From an uncultured Ignavibacteriales bacterium (GTDB lineage: Bacteria > Zixibacteria > MSB-5A5 > GN15 > JAAZOE01), in NCBI GenBank assembly GCA_964611355.1, contig CAZSYD010000007.1, forward strand, positions 59,383 through 79,382: a stretch of DNA of 20,000 bases. Direction: 5' to 3'. Under the pieces are notes generated by a model that did no database searches, was not told where the DNA came from, and worked only from the letters and a program-made list of their open reading frames with translations. A program made the translations under genes and the position numbers. How positions within the stretch are numbered: position 1 is the first letter of the stretch; each line of letters begins with the position of its first letter. Positions 1 to 7,656 of the stretch are shown piece after piece.

Positions 1-137
1 CCCTGGCGCGTTATAAGATGCCCGTCTTTATCCACCAGGAGGGCGCATTTTGCTTCCGCCCCCTTAAGCAGCTTGGTCAGCAGGGAGTCTATCCGAATAA
101 TCTCTTCCTCGTAAATAATCAGCGCATCTTCACTCAC
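1..137 (-). CDS. mglB: MglB-type Roadblock/LC7 GTPase-activating protein, 5' part only (runs off the window)
   Basis: Manual translation from GTG at 137 gives MSEDALIIYEEEIIRIDSLLTKLLKGAEAKCALLVDKDGHLITRQG, matching the Myxococcus-type MglB N-terminus (YEEE...A..vfLVDKnGqLI). GGAGG SD at 146-150 with an 8-nt spacer. Starts 16 nt after the mglA stop. Not in the ORF track. Confidence 0.88.
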   Translation of the reverse strand, partial: MSEDALIIYEEEIIRIDSLLTKLLKGAEAKCALLVDKDGHLITRQ

Positions 138-153
138 GGAGGTTTCCTCCTAC

Positions 154-1332
154 CTATTTTAACCCGAACAGGCGTTTGATGAATGATCGTTTCCCGGGCG
201 GCTTTTCAGCTCTCAGGGGCGGTTCCATTCGCGGCGCACCCGTCGGGGTTACATTCCTTTCCGGTTGACTATCTCCGCCAAATGCAGCGGCCGCTTCAGA
301 ATTGCGGGCAATACCGACGCTACCGGAATCCAAGGGCCCACCTATACGAGCGGAGTCATGATGTCTTCTCCGATTCATCCGCTGTTCATCCTCCATCGTA
401 TTTCCAGGGAAGGGACGAGACACCGGTTCAACCCTGACCGAGGGTTGAACATCCGGTTGAGCGGGCGCCGGTTGCCGGGGTTCCGGATTCCGGACAACTT
501 CCTGTCTTACCGGAGTCAATTCCGGCTGAGGCACCGGTTGGCGCGCAACGGGGGCGACCGTCTCCTGACGAATATGCTCCGGACGTGCGGGCTCCTGATA
601 TACCGGTTCACTAATTTCCTTATAGGCCGCCTGGACAGGCAGAGGCAGAGGCTGAGATATTGGTCGAGGGGGCGGCGAGACCGCTGCAGGTTGCGGCTGC
701 GTCGGTTGCGGCGCTTGTCCGGCGGCAGTTGCAGTGGACGGAACGGTACCGCCCGATTTGGCCTTTTCCAGAACCAGCTTCAGAATACATTTCAAAGTAT
801 CAAATACGCCGAACCCTTCGGTGGCCGAAGCCCTAAATTCCATCCAGCCGTGCGGATTAATCGTCGGGTTCATCTGCTCCGGGGTAAGAATTCCGGGCAG
901 ATCTTGTTTGTTATATTGAATAACGACCGGTATATCTTCCAATTTATATCCGTACTCAGTCAGATTTTCCTTGAGATTATTAAACGATTCGATGTTTTCA
1001 TCCATTTTGTCGGGTTGAGAATCGGCCACAAAAACCAGACCGTCAACCCCTCGCAGAACCAGTTTGCGGGTAGCATTATAATACACCTGCCCGGGGACGG
1101 TATAGAGCTGAAACTTGGCGGCAAAGCCGTTTATAGTACCGATATTTATCGGTAAAAAATCGAAGTAGAGGGTCCGATCGGCATCGGTGGCAAGCGAAAT
1201 CAGTTTCCCCTTGGTATCCGGGGGAACCTTTTTATGGACATACTGCAGGTTGGTCGTCTTGCCCGATAAACCCGGCCCATAGTAGACAATCTTGCAACTG
1301 ACCTCTCTGGAGGCGTAATTTATTGAAACCAT
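154..1332 (-). CDS. mglA: MglA-family small Ras-like GTPase with long Pro/Gln-rich C-terminal extension and terminal amphipathic helix
   Basis: N-terminus INYASREVSCKIVYYGPGLSGKTTNL (G1), DRTLYFDFLP (G2 with intrinsic Arg), YTVPGQVYYNATRKLVLRGVDGLVFVADSQ (G3), NKQD (G4), ASATEG (G5). Residues ~193-380 are low-complexity; the protein ends KRSFIKRLFGLK. Confidence 0.95.
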   Translation of the reverse strand: MVSINYASREVSCKIVYYGPGLSGKTTNLQYVHKKVPPDTKGKLISLATDADRTLYFDFLPINIGTINGFAAKFQLYTVPGQVYYNATRKLVLRGVDGLVFVADSQPDKMDENIESFNNLKENLTEYGYKLEDIPVVIQYNKQDLPGILTPEQMNPTINPHGWMEFRASATEGFGVFDTLKCILKLVLEKAKSGGTVPSTATAAGQAPQPTQPQPAAVSPPPRPISQPLPLPVQAAYKEISEPVYQEPARPEHIRQETVAPVARQPVPQPELTPVRQEVVRNPEPRQPAPAQPDVQPSVRVEPVSRPFPGNTMEDEQRMNRRRHHDSARIGGPLDSGSVGIARNSEAAAAFGGDSQPERNVTPTGAPRMEPPLRAEKPPGKRSFIKRLFGLK

Positions 1333-1342
1333 CTTTCCGCTT

Positions 1343-1693
1343 TCACTTAATCGCTTCCTGCCGGCTTAGCTTGCTAATCGCGTTTTTGATCTCCAGTCGA
1401 ACCAGTCCGATGTTAACCTCCGGTTCCGCCACGACAACCAGAATGCCTATTTCGGCATCGCAGAAAAACATCTTGGCATTATCGGCTTCAATCGTCACCT
1501 GAGTCAGTGGCCTTGATTCAAGACGCTCCAGCGACTTTTGAATATTGGAGGTTATGGACGCGGCAAGGGCACCGATGGCTTCCTCATCATACCGGGTGTT
1601 GAGATCGGCTGCGATCACAATTCCATCGTTGCCCACGACCATGCTGCCGATGATCCCGCTTGTTTTGTTTAATACCTCAAGAATTTGATACAT
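1343..1693 (-). CDS. Stand-alone Roadblock/LC7 (MglB/MglC-like) protein, ~116 aa
   Basis: GIIGSMVVGNDGIVIAA...IGALAA...VNIGLVRLEIK is a Roadblock signature. Start moved from 1738 to ATG 1693 because GGAGG lies at 1700-1704. Overlaps the upstream gene's 3' end by 17 nt. Confidence 0.9.
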   Translation of the reverse strand: MYQILEVLNKTSGIIGSMVVGNDGIVIAADLNTRYDEEAIGALAASITSNIQKSLERLESRPLTQVTIEADNAKMFFCDAEIGILVVVAEPEVNIGLVRLEIKNAISKLSRQEAIK

Positions 1694-2681
1694 AGCGTTC
1701 CTCCGCCCTGGCAAACATCGCCGGGCTATACCGTTCACTCATATATTTTCGAACCATATCCGCCGCCTGGGCAATGCGGATATGGATTGTTTCATCGATA
1801 TCCCTATCCGCCAGAATCATCAGATTTACGTGTTCAATACGCCTTAGGATTACCCTTATTCTGTGTGTGCTCAGGTCTATTCTTTCCGCTGATTCCTTGT
1901 GTTCGAACCGCTCCAGCAGGTCACGGCAGGCCTGTCTTAACATGATTGCCAGAGGGGCCCACATTTCAACATCGTCGCCGTTCCGATCATAGCGGGCCAG
2001 AAGCAACCCTTCCTCGTCAACCAGCAAAGCCATTTGGACGGCGTTTAATTCGCCGAGGTAAGCTACAGCCCTCTCAAACTGGTTTTCATCGGCGGTATAG
2101 GCTGACGCCTGAGCGCCCGCCCTGACGCTATTCGGGACCGCCTCTTCTCGCCGGTCGTTAGCCGTTCCCCCGCCGACCGCAATCTCGTTCACGGCCGGAT
2201 AAGCCTGATATTTGGTCGGTATATTGTCCGGGTAAATGACCGGCTTGGAAGCCGGTTCGGCACGGGAGGTTTTTTCTTTCCCGGCAGGCATCATTTGTTC
2301 CGCCAGACTCAGGTAAAACGGTCGCATGATGAATGGAGCCGCGATTACGTGCAAAATCACTCCGGGCAGATATTTTGTCATACCGAGCGAGAACGAAACG
2401 GAACTACCAAGACCGTACATTATAATTATGGCCAGTCCAAAGGCCGCTCCCAAAGCCATCCGGTATACAAGCGTTAAGGCCGAACTGACCATCAGGGCAG
2501 CCAGCGTGGTCTCGCGGCGGAAAAGAAAATAAACAAACCCGTAAAAGAGAAATTCGTAAAGCATATTAACAGCCGAGCCGCCGGCCAGCGGCAATCCCAG
2601 GCGGTTGGGGAAAATGACAATAGGAATGACCACCAGGATCAACGAGAACAACAAAATCAGTCGTCTGCTATTTTTATCCAT
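1677..2681 (-). CDS. Membrane protein with ~4 N-terminal TM helices, a linker and a C-terminal Roadblock/LC7 domain
   Basis: About four hydrophobic stretches in residues ~8-120, a Pro/Ala-rich linker, then AVQMALLVDEEGLLLARY... Roadblock-like motif and beta pattern. Confidence 0.8.
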   Translation of the reverse strand: MDKNSRRLILLFSLILVVIPIVIFPNRLGLPLAGGSAVNMLYEFLFYGFVYFLFRRETTLAALMVSSALTLVYRMALGAAFGLAIIIMYGLGSSVSFSLGMTKYLPGVILHVIAAPFIMRPFYLSLAEQMMPAGKEKTSRAEPASKPVIYPDNIPTKYQAYPAVNEIAVGGGTANDRREEAVPNSVRAGAQASAYTADENQFERAVAYLGELNAVQMALLVDEEGLLLARYDRNGDDVEMWAPLAIMLRQACRDLLERFEHKESAERIDLSTHRIRVILRRIEHVNLMILADRDIDETIHIRIAQAADMVRKYMSERYSPAMFARAEERYVSNS

Positions 2682-2702
2682 ACCAACTGTCTCCCGGCAG
2701 TA

Positions 2703-3611
2703 TCAGGCGGAAAGGCGCGGCAAGAGTGACGTCAACTTCATCTTCAAAGAACCAAGGTTGACAGTTTCCGAGCATACCACGGCCAGAAGCCGGCCGCAGG
2801 CGCCCGCCATATACGTCAATGAACCATCCGTTTCGATCATCATCGACTGCAAATCGCCAAATCCGCTTTCGCGCATCTGGATGGTACTGTACTTGGCCGT
2901 TTCGGCCGCCAGGGCGGCTACCAGATCGGTTTCGCCCGGAATATTCCATTCCGCCTCGATTACCAGACCGTCAGCATTAACCAATAGAACTCCTTCAACT
3001 CCCGGCGTTCCGACCAGCGACCGCAGCATCTGCTTAAAATCAATATCCGGTTGTGGCGGCGCTTCCGCAGGTGCAGGGGGCGGCGGCGGGGAGAATTGCG
3101 GAGCCTTTTGTACGGCCACAGGCGAAGTCGCGGAATATGCCGCGGAGGCGGGTTCCGGTGTGACGGCGGCCCGACCGCTATGATCGACGTTGAGCGGAAT
3201 CTTTCTGGCAATCTCAAGAAGCTTTTTTATCTGATCATTTTCGGGGTCTGCCCGGTGCAGTTTCTCAAGTAATCGGCAGGCCTTATTGAACTCGCCTTTA
3301 TATATATGGATTTCCGACAGGAGCAGTTCGGCGGCCCGGGTAGTCCCATCCAGTTCGATCGCCTTCTCAACCTCGGCCTCCGCCCAATCGTATAGCCCCT
3401 TATCCATGTTAATTTTGGCCATAACCATATGGGCGGAACCGTAGTTCGTATGTATTTTAAGACCATTCTGACAGATACGAAAGGCTTTATCCAATTCCCC
3501 CTTTTTGCGGTGCGCATCAGCCAGGGCGGCAAAAATTTGCGAACCCGGATTCTGATCCAGGATTTTATTGCACTTGGCAATTCTATCATCTATGTCTGAC
3601 CGGTCAATCAT
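2703..3611 (-). CDS. TPR-repeat protein fused to a C-terminal Roadblock/LC7 domain
   Basis: About three TPR-like repeats (FAALADAHRKKGELDKAFRICQNGL; AHMVMAKINMDKGLYDWAEAEVEKAIELD; AELLLSEIHIYKGEFNKACRLLEKL), a poly-Pro linker, then PGVEGVLLVNADGLVIEA...VAALAA...VNLGSLKMKL. Confidence 0.88.
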   Translation of the reverse strand: MIDRSDIDDRIAKCNKILDQNPGSQIFAALADAHRKKGELDKAFRICQNGLKIHTNYGSAHMVMAKINMDKGLYDWAEAEVEKAIELDGTTRAAELLLSEIHIYKGEFNKACRLLEKLHRADPENDQIKKLLEIARKIPLNVDHSGRAAVTPEPASAAYSATSPVAVQKAPQFSPPPPPAPAEAPPQPDIDFKQMLRSLVGTPGVEGVLLVNADGLVIEAEWNIPGETDLVAALAAETAKYSTIQMRESGFGDLQSMMIETDGSLTYMAGACGRLLAVVCSETVNLGSLKMKLTSLLPRLSA

Positions 3612-3704
3612 TCTTTTATTCCGCTATGAATAAGGCCATCCCATACTTTTTCGTTATCGAACGGATAATAACCGATGGCCAAATTTCAGTCAAACAAAAT
3701 CGAA

Positions 3705-4067
3705 TTATCCCAAAACCTTGCGGGTTTGGAATAATCCTATAAACCAAAGCGTTACCGTGGCCAGATACATTATTCCCGCTACGTCAAAAGTAATGGTAAA
3801 AAAGCCCAGTTTTTCGGCAAGAACAAATACCTGACCCGCCGCCAGGGTAATAAACGATACGACGAACAACTGCCAGCCTCGGGCCAGAGCCCCGCCCCTG
3901 ACCAGTCCAAGCAACTTAATCGCGACGCCAAGACAGGCTGCCGCGCCGATCAGGATGATTAGATTCAGCATCACCGGTACCTGGGCCAGGCTGGAAAAAT
4001 CAGCGGCTGCGGCGCGATTGGACGACAGGAAAACGATCGCCGCCGCGGTTATCAAAAGTTTACGCAT
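3705..4067 (-). CDS. Small membrane protein (signal peptide plus ~3 TM helices), unknown function
   Basis: Signal-peptide-like N-terminus ending AAAA|D and three hydrophobic segments. Start overlaps the upstream stop (TAATG at 4067). Confidence 0.8.
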   Translation of the reverse strand: MRKLLITAAAIVFLSSNRAAAADFSSLAQVPVMLNLIILIGAAACLGVAIKLLGLVRGGALARGWQLFVVSFITLAAGQVFVLAEKLGFFTITFDVAGIMYLATVTLWFIGLFQTRKVLG

Positions 4068-5278
4068 TATGACGCACCTGTAAGCATTTTAACGGTTCGT
4101 TCGGCTTTCCGGATCGAGTCATAAAGGTTTTCGTCCAGCCGATATTTCTTAACCAGTTCACGACGCAACGCCAATGGCTCGGAGATTTCCTTTTTCACGT
4201 GGCCGATGGCCTCATGGAACAGTTCCTGTCCCAGACGGTCAAAAATATATTCGAGCTGCTGGTGAAGCATATCTTCGAGCACGGTAAGCAGCCTATGCAA
4301 GCGCACCGATTCCGGAATCTTTCGCGCCTCGGTCAGGAACTTTTCGAATGACGGCCCCGAGTCCGACCTTATATCCCAACCGGGGAAAAAGACCAATACC
4401 CCGTGACGGAAACCCGACATAAACCGAGAATAGTCGGGATTGGACACCCCTACCATACTTTCTACTACTTTGCGAATCCTCAGAAAGCAGGCGTTGTAAA
4501 GCCTGAAAATAATGCCCAAGATGATTTCTTCTTCATCCTCTCCGGGGCCGATATCCTCGCCCGAAGCCCGCCCAGCGCCTTCCACCAGGCCGCTAACAAC
4601 CAGCTTATACAAGGCCCGGCAACTGGGGAATTCGCCGATTGGCGAAGCCTCGATAATATCGGGCAGGGTCCGTTCACCGTTTATTATAGAAAGGATTTTG
4701 AATTCATCCAGCGACAGCGTCACTTGATCGGAATCGGTTTTGGGCAAGGGCTTAACCCGCAACAGGACATCATTAGGCGGAATCACCTTCTGAATTTCCA
4801 TCCATTCATCTATGCGCCGTGTCCCCTCCATGATAATATTCATGGTCGGGAGATTAACCAGGTAGGCGGCGTCCTTTGGGGCGTCCCCTTCGGCAAAAGA
4901 AAATTCCCCCTCGGCCCAGCTAAAAAGATTATAAACGATTTCCTCAATCTGCATTCGCAGACATTCGGCCACTTCGTCCCGATCAAACAGCTCCATGTCG
5001 ATCAGTGTTGCACCAAGCGCGCGACCTGTCTGCTTATGGAGAGTGATCGCTCTTTCCAAATCTTTTTTATTGATCTTGCCGCGTTTAAGCAGGAGGCTTC
5101 CGAGAAGATCCTCACTGGTGTTCACGGACTTGGCATAGACAATATTCCCCTCCCGAAACGCAATCTCCTTCTTACGCGAACCGCTTTCAATCGCCAGTAT
5201 GCCGGTTTTCTTGCCGCTCGAAAGCAGTTGCAATACATCCGGGAATGAAACTGTTTTTAGATTCCCCGTAAGACCCAT
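4067..5278 (-). CDS. DUF4388 (PatA_N-like) domain protein with inserted MshEN-like tandem motif and probable winged-helix region
   Basis: MGLTGNLKTVSFPDVLQLLSSGKKTGILAI...IAFREGNIVYA and LFSWAEGEFSF...IIMEGTRRIDEW are typical DUF4388 motifs. LSLDEFKILSIINGERTLPDII...LYKLVVSGLVE resembles a winged helix. Confidence 0.85.
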   Translation of the reverse strand: MGLTGNLKTVSFPDVLQLLSSGKKTGILAIESGSRKKEIAFREGNIVYAKSVNTSEDLLGSLLLKRGKINKKDLERAITLHKQTGRALGATLIDMELFDRDEVAECLRMQIEEIVYNLFSWAEGEFSFAEGDAPKDAAYLVNLPTMNIIMEGTRRIDEWMEIQKVIPPNDVLLRVKPLPKTDSDQVTLSLDEFKILSIINGERTLPDIIEASPIGEFPSCRALYKLVVSGLVEGAGRASGEDIGPGEDEEEIILGIIFRLYNACFLRIRKVVESMVGVSNPDYSRFMSGFRHGVLVFFPGWDIRSDSGPSFEKFLTEARKIPESVRLHRLLTVLEDMLHQQLEYIFDRLGQELFHEAIGHVKKEISEPLALRRELVKKYRLDENLYDSIRKAERTVKMLTGAS

Positions 5279-5348
5279 ATCACCTTATCCGAAAACGTGT
5301 TAGCCGCACATATAGTCAACTGCGACAAATTGTACCATTTCTTTAGTT

Positions 5349-5375
5349 TTATCGGGTTTTGGAGGTAATACCTTA
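5349..5375 (-). promoter_or_regulatory. Putative sigma28 (FliA/WhiG)-type promoter for the Mgl/Roadblock cluster
   Basis: Minus strand reads TAAG-N15-CCCGATAA (consensus TAAA-N15-GCCGATAA), 70 nt upstream of the ATG at 5278. Confidence 0.6.
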
Positions 5376-5412
5376 ACCGATATCTTGCGCATCGGCAGCC
5401 ACGCCGCAGGAA

Positions 5413-7656
5413 CTAATCAGGATCGTCAAATGAATAATAGACATGCTCTCCTCTTTCGATCAAATTACCGAAAAGGTTTTCGTGAATCCTTTCTATTTCA
5501 CTATCACTCAATACATTATACGATTCCAGAGGGCGTTCGAGAAAAACCCTGTATTGCGAACAATATGACTGATCGACTGCTTCGGCCAAATCGTTGACCT
5601 TACATGCCATGAGGAAACAGGAGGTTAAATATCCGGAGTCAGGCTCCCGAAGAGATTTCAACGTCTCAATATCTTTCGAGAAAACCAACCGGCGAAAGTT
5701 GTCCGGTTCCAAAACGACCATGCCAGGAGCAATCCGGATGATATGGCTCGAATCGGTTTCGGCAGGATAATTACCGGGGAATATCCGCCAAACCGTTGGC
5801 GATTTGAGACCGGTCTCAATCTCGACAGGTTTGAATTTTATAAACGGTATTATTTCACAAGCCCGATTGAGCCGCCGCTCGGTCTGATATGCCGGCTCCA
5901 TAAAAACGAAATTTCGCGGGAATGAACCGCGCCGCCCGGCTAGATAAGGCAGGAGATTGTCGGTAAAATCGTCATGTCGGTTTTCCCGGTTTTGATTATA
6001 AATGACGATACCTCCGGCCCGGTTTATAATAACTGCCTGGGATGTGCCATGGTTGAAACTTTCCATATCGGGAAAAGACCGCGAGGTAAATAGGTCAACG
6101 CCCAGACAAGAAACCGCAATAAGCAAAACGAAAAAGCACGCCAACCGGCGCGCATAACGATATCTTATGGATAAAAAGAGAAGCGTTACCGCTATCAGAA
6201 TAACATAAACATAAACAGCTGGAAAAGACGGAGGACTGGCGGCCGCTATTTTCCATCGGCCAAACCACCCGACAAGGTAATGGGTGACGTTTAACAGCCT
6301 GTCCAGCACAATTCCCGGCACGATCGCCGCCGCAGGCAGCGCAAGGTTCACAAGAAGCAGGATGACTATCCCGATCACCGCCAGAGAAACCAGAGGAACA
6401 ATAACCAGGTTTGAAAAAACCGTCACCAGCGATGTCTGGCCGAAATAATACGACGTAATGGGCGCGGCTGTAAGCGACGCAATCAGCGACGACGAAGCGA
6501 TAAGCAACACGTACCGTACCGGAGTCCTCATTTTGAAACTTTCGAACAGGTAATTAACCTGCGGCAAAAACAGAATCAAAGCCCAGGCCACGGCAAAAGA
6601 AAGCTGGAATCCGATATCGAACAGGTTGCCGGGATCATAGATAATCAGTATGGCGGCGGCGGCGGCGATAATATTATTCAGATCGGTTCGGCGATAAAAA
6701 AAGTGGGCAGCCAGAATCAACGCCGCCATAAGCGAGGCCCGCACCACCGACGGCTGATTGTAAGACAGGTGGGAAAAGGCGACAATTATTACCAGCAGAA
6801 CCGTCAGCCGAACCGGCCGTTTCATGGGGAAAAAGCGCAGCAGAAAGACCATAACCAGAAGCACCAGCGCGACGTTCGATCCTGAGACGGCCAGAAGATG
6901 CATGGTCCCGGTGCGGCGAAAGGCCTGATAGATATCTTCCGGAATATCGCGCGTCTCCCCTATTAGAAATCCGGAAGCAAGAGAAGCCGGTATTTCGGTA
7001 AGATTATTTCGGAAACATTCAAGTATCCACTGCCGGATATTATTAATCGTTCTGCCGAACAGGTTATATACCGGTTGATGCACCATGACCCGTACCGGGT
7101 TGCTTATATAAACAGTCCCGCGAATACCCCTGTTAAACAAATAACGGCTGTAATCGAAACCTCCCGGATAGCCGGATCGGCGCGGTCGGCCAAGACTGCC
7201 GCTAAAACTAATTTGATCGCCCAGAGAAAACCGCGTTGTCTCTCTTCGGATATTCATCAGGATCGATCCCGAAGCAGGCCTTATCGAATCGTTGATCACT
7301 ATCGAATCGACACGGCAGGTTATAAGCGTCTTATGACGTTTGATGGCCGGCCATTTGTCTATCCGGCCGAAAAAGCGAAGCTGTTCGCGGTAACCGGCGA
7401 GGCGGCCGATATCATCAGTGGGGAATAAATGATACTTCATTCCGGCGCTTAAGAACGTGGCGGCCATCGCCAACGCCGCCAGTGGAAAGATAAAATATTT
7501 CCGGGGTAAACGAAAAAAGCCATAAAGGAGAAAAATAAATGCCGCAACCACCAGAGCTATCGGAATCGGCAGGCCCGGATCGATCTTCCACCCCAGCAGG
7601 GTTCCGATGATAACAAAAGTCAGGACAACAACCGCCGGATAACGGAAACTAAACAT
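5413..7656 (-). CDS. comEC: ComEC/Rec2 DNA-uptake channel with degenerate C-terminal domain
   Basis: N-terminal TMs, an OB-like region (PGGFDYSRYL), and Competence-domain motifs FRRTGTMHLLAVSGSNVA, PSVVRASLMA and FDIGFQLSF. ATG at 7656 (or GTG 7659) overlaps the murJ stop. Confidence 0.93.
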   Translation of the reverse strand: MFSFRYPAVVVLTFVIIGTLLGWKIDPGLPIPIALVVAAFIFLLYGFFRLPRKYFIFPLAALAMAATFLSAGMKYHLFPTDDIGRLAGYREQLRFFGRIDKWPAIKRHKTLITCRVDSIVINDSIRPASGSILMNIRRETTRFSLGDQISFSGSLGRPRRSGYPGGFDYSRYLFNRGIRGTVYISNPVRVMVHQPVYNLFGRTINNIRQWILECFRNNLTEIPASLASGFLIGETRDIPEDIYQAFRRTGTMHLLAVSGSNVALVLLVMVFLLRFFPMKRPVRLTVLLVIIVAFSHLSYNQPSVVRASLMAALILAAHFFYRRTDLNNIIAAAAAILIIYDPGNLFDIGFQLSFAVAWALILFLPQVNYLFESFKMRTPVRYVLLIASSSLIASLTAAPITSYYFGQTSLVTVFSNLVIVPLVSLAVIGIVILLLVNLALPAAAIVPGIVLDRLLNVTHYLVGWFGRWKIAAASPPSFPAVYVYVILIAVTLLFLSIRYRYARRLACFFVLLIAVSCLGVDLFTSRSFPDMESFNHGTSQAVIINRAGGIVIYNQNRENRHDDFTDNLLPYLAGRRGSFPRNFVFMEPAYQTERRLNRACEIIPFIKFKPVEIETGLKSPTVWRIFPGNYPAETDSSHIIRIAPGMVVLEPDNFRRLVFSKDIETLKSLREPDSGYLTSCFLMACKVNDLAEAVDQSYCSQYRVFLERPLESYNVLSDSEIERIHENLFGNLIERGEHVYYSFDDPD

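Noticed and set aside
265..1155. 296-aa plus-strand ORF, and other long antisense ORFs such as 2605-3183, 4403-5248, 8054-8839, 9720-10259 and 10425-10949
   Set aside because: They lie opposite well-supported genes and show no recognisable motifs; typical shadow ORFs.
3654..3680. TTCGATAA upstream of the TPR-Roadblock gene as a third sigma28 promoter
   Set aside because: There is no TAAA-like -35 element at 15-nt spacing (GGCC is there instead).
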